This document shows, one piece after another, positions 1 through 7,381 of a DNA stretch of 64,000 bases. The notes under the pieces are model-generated. The model ran no database searches. It worked only from the letters and a program-made list of their open reading frames with translations, and was not told the DNA's origin. The stretch is taken from positions 11,485 to 75,484 of the forward strand of contig DAOSVM010000006.1 of NCBI GenBank assembly GCA_035379625.1. Direction: 5' to 3'. A program made the position numbers and the translations under genes. The stretch comes from Ignavibacteriales bacterium. Its GTDB lineage: Bacteria; Bacteroidota; Ignavibacteria; Ignavibacteriales; DAOSCP01. Each line of letters starts with the position of its first letter. The stretch's first letter is position 1.

Positions 1-895
1 AAATTTGGAATTTTTGTAGAATGTTATAATTTTTTGTAGTTGGTATATCAATAAAATTATCATTATTTCTATCAATTTTCATATTACGAATATTTGTATT
101 GATGAAAGTAATACCACTAAATTCATGTGATAATTCATATTTATAAGAAGTATTAAATTCAAATCTTTCGTCAGAATCTGCATAAATATTTAAGTATAAG
201 TCTTTTCGATCGTGATCGTGCGAAGGGAGTAATTCGAAATCGATACTACCGGTCAAAGCTTCAAAACCATTTATTACGGAACCAACATCTTTTGAATAAC
301 TTATGGATTTTAACCAAGGGCCCGGAATGTATAAAAGACCGAGATTTGTTAATAAACCACGCAAATATGGAATATTTTCTTTGTTCGTTTGTATATTGGA
401 GCCTGTAAATCCCATAAATTCAATTTGCTTAATACCTGTAATAGCATCGGTGAAACTAACATCAATGGTGGGATTAGTTTCGAAACTTTCCGATAAATTA
501 CAACAAGCAGCTTTTTTAAGTTCTTTCTCTGATATTACTGCTTTTCGATGAACAGCATTAAAATCGTTGTATTCACCAAATCTTGATGAGGTAACTGTAA
601 TTTGTTTTAAATTAATAGTATTTGGCTGTAAACCTAATGAAAAATTATTTTCGATTTTGTAAAGAGTATCAGTGATAAAACCAACAGCATAAACGATAAG
701 AGGTTTATTGAGTTTTTGTATAGAAAATTTGCCGTTGTTATCTGATGTAGTTCCAATTTTCGAACCTAAATAATAAATTGCTGCTCCGGCAATTGGTTCT
801 TTGGTTTCGAAATTGTAAATAATACCATTTATAAATTGGTTTTGTCCAAATGCCAGAAAATTTAGTAGTAGTAATATTATTATTTGTATTTTCAT
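1..895 (-). CDS. TonB-dependent receptor, N-terminal part (partial; continues past the left window edge)
   Basis: Absent from the ORF track because there is no stop in the window. My minus-strand translation from ATG at 895 is open to position 1: MKIQIIILLLLNFLAFGQNQFINGIIYNFETKEPIAGAAIYYLGSKIGTTSDNNGKFSI.. (signal peptide plus carboxypeptidase-regulatory-like domain), then plug-like ..AACCNLSESFETNPTIDVSFTDAITGIKQIEFMG.. Confidence 0.7.
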   Translation of the reverse strand, partial: MKIQIIILLLLNFLAFGQNQFINGIIYNFETKEPIAGAAIYYLGSKIGTTSDNNGKFSIQKLNKPLIVYAVGFITDTLYKIENNFSLGLQPNTINLKQITVTSSRFGEYNDFNAVHRKAVISEKELKKAACCNLSESFETNPTIDVSFTDAITGIKQIEFMGFTGSNIQTNKENIPYLRGLLTNLGLLYIPGPWLKSISYSKDVGSVINGFEALTGSIDFELLPSHDHDRKDLYLNIYADSDERFEFNTSYKYELSHEFSGITFINTNIRNMKIDRNNDNFIDIPTTKNYNILQKFQI

Positions 896-915
896 GGATT
901 TAGTCCCTATTTTTA

Positions 916-1260
916 TTAATGAGTATTAGAGTTGTTTCTGTAAAGACAGCATTCAGGTAAAGTATTATAAATATTATCAGGAGCTTTATAATTTTCAGTA
1001 TCGTGGCCTGCAGCTGAAATTCTTTTTTCTAAGGAATCAAGTGATATTGAGTTAGAATAAATAATTTTTAATAACTTGGTTCTTTTATTCCATTTTGCAT
1101 ATTTTACTTCTGGAATTTTCAATGCTTCTTCAATTCTATTTTTACACATATTACAATTTCCAAAAACTTTAATAGTTTTTTCAATTTCATCGTTGTTTAA
1201 TGCAAAAAGTGTTAATGAAGTAATGACGATAAATAAAATGCTTTTCATGGCTATCCTCAA
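916..1260 (-). CDS. Heavy-metal-associated (HMA)-like small secreted protein
   Basis: 114 aa with a signal peptide. Has ..FGNCNMCKNRIEEALK.. and ..AAGHDTE.., resembling the HMA fold with a Cys pair. The start is more likely the second Met (1248). Lies directly downstream of the TonB-dependent receptor. Confidence 0.55.
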   Translation of the reverse strand: MRIAMKSILFIVITSLTLFALNNDEIEKTIKVFGNCNMCKNRIEEALKIPEVKYAKWNKRTKLLKIIYSNSISLDSLEKRISAAGHDTENYKAPDNIYNTLPECCLYRNNSNTH

Positions 1261-1313
1261 ATGTTTAATGAATGAATGAAATTAATAAAAAAGTTGATGG
1301 TAAATATTAAGGT

Positions 1314-1739
1314 CTAAATCAGAAGTGAGGAGTTTTTGATATATATTGGGTGTTTATGATTTGCTATTAAAAAATTAATATGCTTAAATGAGAAAAACTC
1401 AAATTGTAAGGTTGTTAAGAAAATAATACTTAATAAAGCTGGTAAGAAAAATATGTTTGATGAATTTTTGATTTGGGAATCATCAATTTTGTAATATTTA
1501 ACTATGTTTTCGCAACAATTAGATTGGGAATTAAATACTGTGGTGGAATTTTCGTTATTAATATTGTTAAGATCCAATTTACAATTGTGTTGACAATCGC
1601 AGTTTATATTTGATGAATTTATGGAGATTAAATGTTTAGTATTATGGCATATATGATCAATTTCTGTAAAACCGATAAAAGAAATTAAATAACTTAATAA
1701 AAGGATAGTATTAATTATTTTGATGTTTTTGTTGTTCAT
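1314..1739 (-). CDS. Cys/His-rich small membrane protein (possibly the HYC_CC_PP-type family found next to TonB receptor + HMA genes)
   Basis: 141 aa. N-terminal TM segment, DHICHNTKH, CDCQHNC and NCCEN motifs, second hydrophobic segment. The family name is recalled from memory and was not searched. Confidence 0.35.
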   Translation of the reverse strand: MNNKNIKIINTILLLSYLISFIGFTEIDHICHNTKHLISINSSNINCDCQHNCKLDLNNINNENSTTVFNSQSNCCENIVKYYKIDDSQIKNSSNIFFLPALLSIIFLTTLQFEFFSFKHINFLIANHKHPIYIKNSSLLI

Positions 1740-1866
1740 AACAAAAATATAATATTAATTTTATCAAAAAGCAAGAGCCTGTAAAATTTTTATATAAATG
1801 GTATAACATTATTATTTAGTAGTATAAAAATATCGTTTCAAAAATATAGTATATACAATATATATG

Positions 1867-1882
1867 TATCGTATATACGATA
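1867..1882. promoter_or_regulatory. Perfect 16-bp palindrome TATCGTATATACGATA (operator-like), ~110 bp upstream of the thrA ATG
   Basis: Read directly: the sequence equals its own reverse complement. It is flanked at 1831-1862 by further copies of the GTAWWTACRATATA motif that also builds the arrays inside the repeat elements. Confidence 0.5.
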
Positions 1883-1992
1883 TTAATTTTGTTTAAAGAA
1901 TTTTATTGAAATGTTTAAATGAATTTAATATTAAAGATTGATTTTTTTAATATAAATGTATACATTTAAACAAAATACTATTGGAGTAAAAT

Positions 1993-4440
1993 ATGAAAGT
2001 AATGAAATTTGGTGGATCTTCTGTAGGAAATCCTGAAAGAATAAAAAATGTAATAAAAATTATAAACGATAGTTTATTTACAAACAATATATTGATAGTT
2101 GTATTTTCAGCATTTCAAGGTGTAACGGATGAATTAATTAAATTAGGGAACAAGGCAACATCTGGAGTTTTCCCAGAGGATGATTTTAATACTTTAACAA
2201 AAAGACATATGGACGCAATTACAGAATTAGTTGCGATAAAATATAGAAGTAAAGCAATAGCTGATGTTAAAATAATTCTGAATGAGATAGAAGATATATT
2301 AAAAGGTATATCTTACATAAAAGATTTAACACGTAAGACATCAGATGTATTATTAAGTTATGGAGAAAGATTATCTGCCTATATTATTTACAACTCAATG
2401 AAACAATATGAAGATAACGTATATTATCTTGATAGTAGGGATGTGATCAAAACAGATTCTAACTATGGAATGGCAAATGTAAATTTTGAAATAACGAATA
2501 AATTAATACAAAATAGAATTAACAAGCAAGGGCTATATATAACAACAGGTTTTATAGCATCTGATGAGCAAGGGAACACAACAACTTTAGGAAGAGGTGG
2601 TTCTGATTATACTGCTTCTATATTTGGAGCGGCATTAGGTGTAGAAGTTATTGAAATATGGACAGATGTTGATGGTATTTTGACTGCAGATCCACGTTAT
2701 GTCCCATCAGCATTTTCTTTGAAGGATTTAAGTTATGATGAAGCAATGGAACTTTCTCATTTTGGAGCAAAAGTGATTTACCCGCCTACAATGCGCCCAG
2801 CGATGATTAAAAAAATTCCTATATTAGTTAAAAATTCTTTTAATCCAGAATTTCCGGGCACTAAAATTTGTATTAAGCCAACAAAAAATATTTATGATAT
2901 TAAAGGAATATCTAGCTTAAATGACGTTTGTTTGGTTCGTGTGCAAGGAAGTGGTATGATTGGGGTTAGTGGTATTGCTGGAAGGATATTTTCGGCTTTA
3001 GCAAAATCTAATATTAATGTTATTTTGATAACCCAGGCCTCAAGTGAGCATTCTATTTGTTTTGCAATTTTGCCAGAATATGAAAATCAAGCTTTAAAAG
3101 CTTTAAAACAAGAACTGAAATTAGAGATTGCAAATGGTATTGTAAATGAAATTTTGATAGATAAAAATTTATCAATTGTTGCTGTGGTTGGAGAAAATAT
3201 GAGGCATCGTGTTGGTTTAGCAGCTAAGGTTTTTAATTCATTGGGAAAATATGGCGTAAATATTGTTGCTATTGCTCAGGGTTCAACAGAATTAAATATA
3301 TCAGCTGTTATTTCTAAAAATGATGTAGCAAAAGCTCAAAATGCTATACATAATGCATTCTTTTTTGCAAATAGGAAAGAAGTTAATTTATTTATTGTAG
3401 GTTTAGGATTGATTGGTAAAACATTTTTAAAACAAATTAATGAGCGAATTGATTATTTGGTTGAATACCATAATATTCAGCCCAAAATTGTTGGTATTGC
3501 TAATTCTAAAAAAATGCTTATTGATGAGAATGGTATCGATATTTCGCAGATTGATGAAAAATTAATTGATGGTAAAAAAACTGATTTAACTATTTTTACT
3601 CAAAAAATGCAAGATTTAGCTATTCCAAATAAGATTTTTATAGATTGTACAGCTAGTGAAGAGCCTATTAATTTTTATCCTGAAATATTAAATAATAGAA
3701 TATTTATTGTTACACCGAATAAAAAAGCAAATTCTTCAAATATTAAATTTTATCATAAAATTCATTCGGCTGCTAAAGAAAATTATGCTGGTTTTTATTA
3801 CGAAGCTAATGTAGGAGCAGGTTTACCAATTATTAATACAATTAAAGATTTAATTGCATCCGGTGATGAAATTATTAAAATTGAAGGTGTACTATCTGGT
3901 ACTATAAGTTATTTATTTAATAATTTAAAAGGGAATAAAAAATTTAGTGATATTTTAACAGAGATTAAGGGTAAAGGTTTCCTTGAACCAGATCCAAGAG
4001 ATGATTTAAGTGGGATGGATGTTGCCCGTAAAATTCTAATTCTTGCAAGAGAAGCAGGTAGCTTAATTGATTTAAATAAAGTAAATGTTGAAAATTTAAT
4101 TCCTAAACATATTAATATAGTAAGCGTTGAAAATTTTTGGAATAAAATTTACTTATTGGATGATTATTACGAAAAATTAATCGAAAAAGCTGATAAATCT
4201 AATACAGTTTTGAGATATATTGCTACATATAACAAAATTGAGGATAAAGCAAATGCTAAGATTAACTTTATTCCTAAGGAACATCCATTTTTCAATTTAA
4301 GAAATAGTGAAAATATAGTCGCAATTTATACAAATAGATATTTGGAGTTGCCGTTAATTGTTAAAGGACCAGGAGCCGGCGCAGAAGTAACTGCAGGGGG
4401 CGTTTTTGCTGATTTCTTAAAAGCTGCTAAAGTAATTTAA
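1993..4440 (+). CDS. thrA: Bifunctional aspartokinase / homoserine dehydrogenase
   Basis: 815 aa. N-terminal aspartokinase (MKFGGSSVG..), central ACT-like regions, C-terminal homoserine dehydrogenase (..GAGLPII.., ..EPDPRDDLSG.DVARK..). Followed by thrB. Confidence 0.93.
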   Translation: MKVMKFGGSSVGNPERIKNVIKIINDSLFTNNILIVVFSAFQGVTDELIKLGNKATSGVFPEDDFNTLTKRHMDAITELVAIKYRSKAIADVKIILNEIEDILKGISYIKDLTRKTSDVLLSYGERLSAYIIYNSMKQYEDNVYYLDSRDVIKTDSNYGMANVNFEITNKLIQNRINKQGLYITTGFIASDEQGNTTTLGRGGSDYTASIFGAALGVEVIEIWTDVDGILTADPRYVPSAFSLKDLSYDEAMELSHFGAKVIYPPTMRPAMIKKIPILVKNSFNPEFPGTKICIKPTKNIYDIKGISSLNDVCLVRVQGSGMIGVSGIAGRIFSALAKSNINVILITQASSEHSICFAILPEYENQALKALKQELKLEIANGIVNEILIDKNLSIVAVVGENMRHRVGLAAKVFNSLGKYGVNIVAIAQGSTELNISAVISKNDVAKAQNAIHNAFFFANRKEVNLFIVGLGLIGKTFLKQINERIDYLVEYHNIQPKIVGIANSKKMLIDENGIDISQIDEKLIDGKKTDLTIFTQKMQDLAIPNKIFIDCTASEEPINFYPEILNNRIFIVTPNKKANSSNIKFYHKIHSAAKENYAGFYYEANVGAGLPIINTIKDLIASGDEIIKIEGVLSGTISYLFNNLKGNKKFSDILTEIKGKGFLEPDPRDDLSGMDVARKILILAREAGSLIDLNKVNVENLIPKHINIVSVENFWNKIYLLDDYYEKLIEKADKSNTVLRYIATYNKIEDKANAKINFIPKEHPFFNLRNSENIVAIYTNRYLELPLIVKGPGAGAEVTAGGVFADFLKAAKVI

Positions 4441-4449
4441 GGGTTTAAG

Positions 4450-5391
4450 ATGTTAAAAAAAAATTATATTAAAGTATTTTCTCCCGCTACAATAGCTAAT
4501 TTTACTTGTGGTTTTGATATTTTCGGTGTTGCATTGGAAAATCCTGGTGATGTTGTAGAAATAGAAATTAACAATAATTCAAATGGAATAAAAATTTTGG
4601 AAATTACTGGCGATAATGGATTGTTACCTTATGAAATAGAAAAGAACACAGTAACAATATCTTTATTAAAGTTTTTGAATGATTTTGATTTAAAAGTTGG
4701 TTTAAATATTAAAATACATAAAAAAATGCCATTTGGTAGTGGCTTGGGATCAAGTGCTGCAAGTAGTGTAGCTGGCGTATATGCGTTAAATCAGATGTTA
4801 GAAAATCCTTTGCCTAAAGATAAATTATTGGAATATGTTTTAGAAGGCGAAAAAAAAGTAAGTGGTTCTATTCACGCTGATAATGTTGCTGCTTGTTTGT
4901 ATGGTGGATTTATTATTGTTAAGCAATATCCGAAATTGGAAATTATAAAATTAAATGTGAAAAAAAATTATTATTTCTCAATAATACATCCGCATATCGA
5001 AGTAAAAACCGAAGATGCTAGAAAGATTTTGCGAAAGGATATTAAATTAGAACTTGTAACTAAACAATGGGGTAATATTGCTACAACAGTAATTGCTTTG
5101 CAAAATGGTGATGACGAATTGTTGAAAAATTCTTTGATTGATATAATAATTGAGCCTGTCAGATCAATATTTATTCCGGAATTTACCACCATTAAAAATA
5201 TTGCTTATGAAAATGGTGCACTTGCTGCAAGCATTTCTGGTTCCGGCCCATCAGTTTTTTCTGTTTTTAATGATAAATCATTGGCTGAAATTTCGCTAAA
5301 TTTACAAGCTGAGGCACTTAAAAAAATTGGAATTTCATCGGATCTTTATATTAGCCAGATGAATTTTGAAGGTGTAAAGGTAATTCCTTGA
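4450..5391 (+). CDS. thrB: Homoserine kinase
   Basis: 313 aa GHMP kinase with motif PFGSGLGSSAAS. Lies 9 bp downstream of thrA. Confidence 0.9.
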   Translation: MLKKNYIKVFSPATIANFTCGFDIFGVALENPGDVVEIEINNNSNGIKILEITGDNGLLPYEIEKNTVTISLLKFLNDFDLKVGLNIKIHKKMPFGSGLGSSAASSVAGVYALNQMLENPLPKDKLLEYVLEGEKKVSGSIHADNVAACLYGGFIIVKQYPKLEIIKLNVKKNYYFSIIHPHIEVKTEDARKILRKDIKLELVTKQWGNIATTVIALQNGDDELLKNSLIDIIIEPVRSIFIPEFTTIKNIAYENGALAASISGSGPSVFSVFNDKSLAEISLNLQAEALKKIGISSDLYISQMNFEGVKVIP

Positions 5392-5431
5392 TTATTTTAA
5401 ATTTATAGATATTGAAGAGAATCTTTATATT

Positions 5432-6021
5432 TAGCTCGGACGGTGTAGGCTTAAGCCCGTGCGCTGTGCGCACGGGCGGGCTGAAGCCCAAAATATTCGA
5501 TTTACTACGCTATATACAACCTTTTATCAATTGCTTCCAATAATTATATATTTACCATATAGATTTAACATAAATATTTTAATTTGGTTGCAAATTTTAA
5601 AAGCCTGATAATATTTTCGTAAAAATGATATAATTGTATTTACGATATATTAACAAAATTCAGAAATATATTTGTATTTACAATATAATTGTATATACGA
5701 TATATTAGTAATTTTCGATGACATATTTGTAAATACGATATAATAGCTTTTACGATATAATTGTAAATGCAATTATATTATAAAAAAACATCGCATCAAA
5801 TGTAAAAATTTGCAAAATTACATATTAGCTTCGTTAAAAGCTTAATTTTTATCTAACACTTTACGGGTTGCCTGGTATTTTGGAAAGATATGAGTATAAA
5901 GGCTCAAAGCACTACACTTTGTTAGGTGTCAAAGAAAAGATTTTTAGCGGGCCGGAACTGCCCGCTGCCCCTTGCGGCTTGTCACAAGCCGCAAGGGGCT
6001 TAAGCTTACACCGTCTGAGTA
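5432..6021 (+). mobile_element. Non-coding TIR-bounded repeat element, copy 1 (A end to B end on the + strand), 590 bp
   Basis: Left end TA|GCTCGGACGGTGTAGGCTTA; right end TAAGCTTACACCGTCTGAG|TA. Hairpins at 5455-5477 (10-bp stem), 5478-5489, 5946-5966 and 5968-5998 (13-bp perfect stem). AT-rich core holds the 17-bp repeat array. Homologous to the copies at 37503, 54943, 58506 and 25056. Confidence 0.85.
5616..5777 (+). repeat. Tandem array of nine ~17-bp units (consensus WTTGTAWWTACRATATA) organised as 3 x 55-bp higher-order repeats
   Basis: Units read directly: ttcgtaaaaatgatata / attgtatttacgatata / ttaacaaaattcagaaatata / tttgtatttacaatata / attgtatatacgatata / ttagtaattttcgatgacata / tttgtaaatacgatata / atagcttttacgatata / attgtaaatgcaattata. 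Lengths 17+17+21 three times (last unit 18) total 162 bp. Confidence 0.85.
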
Positions 6022-6046
6022 ATATAATAAAAAAAATGAAGATATT

Positions 6047-7291
6047 TTATTTATTTGTGTTAGGAACTATTTTATAGATTTGTAAATTTCGTCGTAGTGG
6101 TTTATCAATTTTAAATGTTATTATATCACCTTTTTTTGCGTTATCGACAAATTGCTCGTTACACATTATATTTTCTAATTGATATTCATAAGTTCCGAAA
6201 TCGTTTCCGATTATTAGTATTTTGGAATTTTTTTCAATTGTACCAGTTTCAATTTTGATTTCGGCTATATTTGTTTTTTTGAAGAAATTTGTGACTTTGC
6301 CAATATATTCTTTTTTAGTGGTAGCAATGGAGCCATAGGCTTTGGTGAATTCATTAGTTCCGGGCTCACCGAAATAAAATCCAGAAGAAAAACCGCGATT
6401 GTACACTTCGTTTAATTCATTTAAGAATTGTTGTTTAATAGTAGGGGTATATTTCCCATCTAGAATTAAATCAATTGCTTTTTTATATATAGAAACGGTT
6501 TTGCTAACATATTCAGGAGAGCGTTTGCGGCCTTCAATTTTTAAGGAATCTATGCCAATTTCTATGATTTGATCGAGAAATTCAATAGAACATAAGTCTT
6601 TTGGAGAAAGGACATAATCAGTGCCTAAAATAAGGCTTTTGTTTGTAGCATTATCAACAATTTCGTATTCTTTAACGGTGAAATCTCTGCGGCAAGGTTG
6701 AATACATTCGCCGCGGTTGGCGCTTTTACCGAACATATCGTGGCTGAGGAAACATCTTCCACTAATTGAGATACACATTGCGCCGTGGACGAATACTTCA
6801 ATTTCAGCTTTTGTTTTTTTTCTAATTTGTTTGATTTGTTCTAGAGTACATTCTCTTGCAAGTACAACTCTGCTAGCACCTATTTTTTCATAAAAATTAG
6901 CAGCTGAAGAGTTTGAAATAGATGCTTGTGTGGAAATTGCAAATTTTACATCGTATTTTTGGCAAAGATTAATAACAGCAAAATCCCAGCAAATTATCAT
7001 ATCTACGCCAGCTTTTTTGGCTTTTTTAACAATTTTTTCAGCTAATTTTAATTCATCTTCATAAACAATTGTATTGAGAGTTAAATAAGCTTTAACGTTG
7101 TTTTTATGAGCAATTTTGACTAATTTATTCATTTCATCAAAGCCAAAATTTTTGGCTTTAGCTCTCATATTTAATTCATCAACACCAAAATATACTGCAT
7201 CGGCGCCAGCATTTATTGCAGCATAGAAGGAAATCCAATCTCCTGCCGGTGCCATTAGTTCGGGGCGTTTTATTTTTACGTTTTTCCTCAT
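6047..7291 (-). CDS. Peptidase U32 family protein
   Basis: 414 aa. N-terminus ..PELMAPAGDW..AAINAGADAVYFG.., ..KIEGRKRSPEYV.. and a Cys-rich centre, typical of U32 collagenase-like proteins. Confidence 0.85.
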   Translation of the reverse strand: MRKNVKIKRPELMAPAGDWISFYAAINAGADAVYFGVDELNMRAKAKNFGFDEMNKLVKIAHKNNVKAYLTLNTIVYEDELKLAEKIVKKAKKAGVDMIICWDFAVINLCQKYDVKFAISTQASISNSSAANFYEKIGASRVVLARECTLEQIKQIRKKTKAEIEVFVHGAMCISISGRCFLSHDMFGKSANRGECIQPCRRDFTVKEYEIVDNATNKSLILGTDYVLSPKDLCSIEFLDQIIEIGIDSLKIEGRKRSPEYVSKTVSIYKKAIDLILDGKYTPTIKQQFLNELNEVYNRGFSSGFYFGEPGTNEFTKAYGSIATTKKEYIGKVTNFFKKTNIAEIKIETGTIEKNSKILIIGNDFGTYEYQLENIMCNEQFVDNAKKGDIITFKIDKPLRRNLQIYKIVPNTNK

Positions 7292-7381
7292 TTATTTGAG
7301 CCTTTCGCTTTTTGATTAGAATTTAATTATTATTAAATTTACAAAAATAAATAATTATTTTGAAATAATAAAAGGTAATAA

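Noticed and set aside
303-551. 82-aa plus-strand ORF at the window start
   Set aside because: It is antisense to the open, TonB-dependent-receptor-like reading frame that runs 895 to 1 on the minus strand.
1740-1992. Thr-leader attenuator or riboswitch upstream of thrA; SAM or other riboswitch upstream of the methionine gamma-lyase-family gene (60241-60389)
   Set aside because: No Thr/Ile-rich leader peptide with alternative hairpins was seen. Neither region contains the GC-containing conserved cores expected of known riboswitches; both are almost pure AT.
5455-5489. GC-rich element hairpins considered as Rho-independent terminators
   Set aside because: None is followed by a T-tract in either direction (they are followed by AAAAT or by the TIR). 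Where a neighbouring gene has a terminator, it is a separate hairpin outside the element.
5616-5777. AT-rich repeat arrays considered as CRISPR arrays
   Set aside because: The units are contiguous 17-21 bp direct repeats without unique spacers. They are degenerate rather than identical, no cas genes are present, and the same array recurs inside each element copy.
5868-6077. Track ORF (+, 69 aa) overlapping the right end of element copy 1
   Set aside because: The peptide (..PELPAAPCGLSQAARGLSLHRLS..) is just a translation of the GC-rich hairpins and TIR. It is not conserved as an ORF in the other copies and overlaps the U32 peptidase 3' end.
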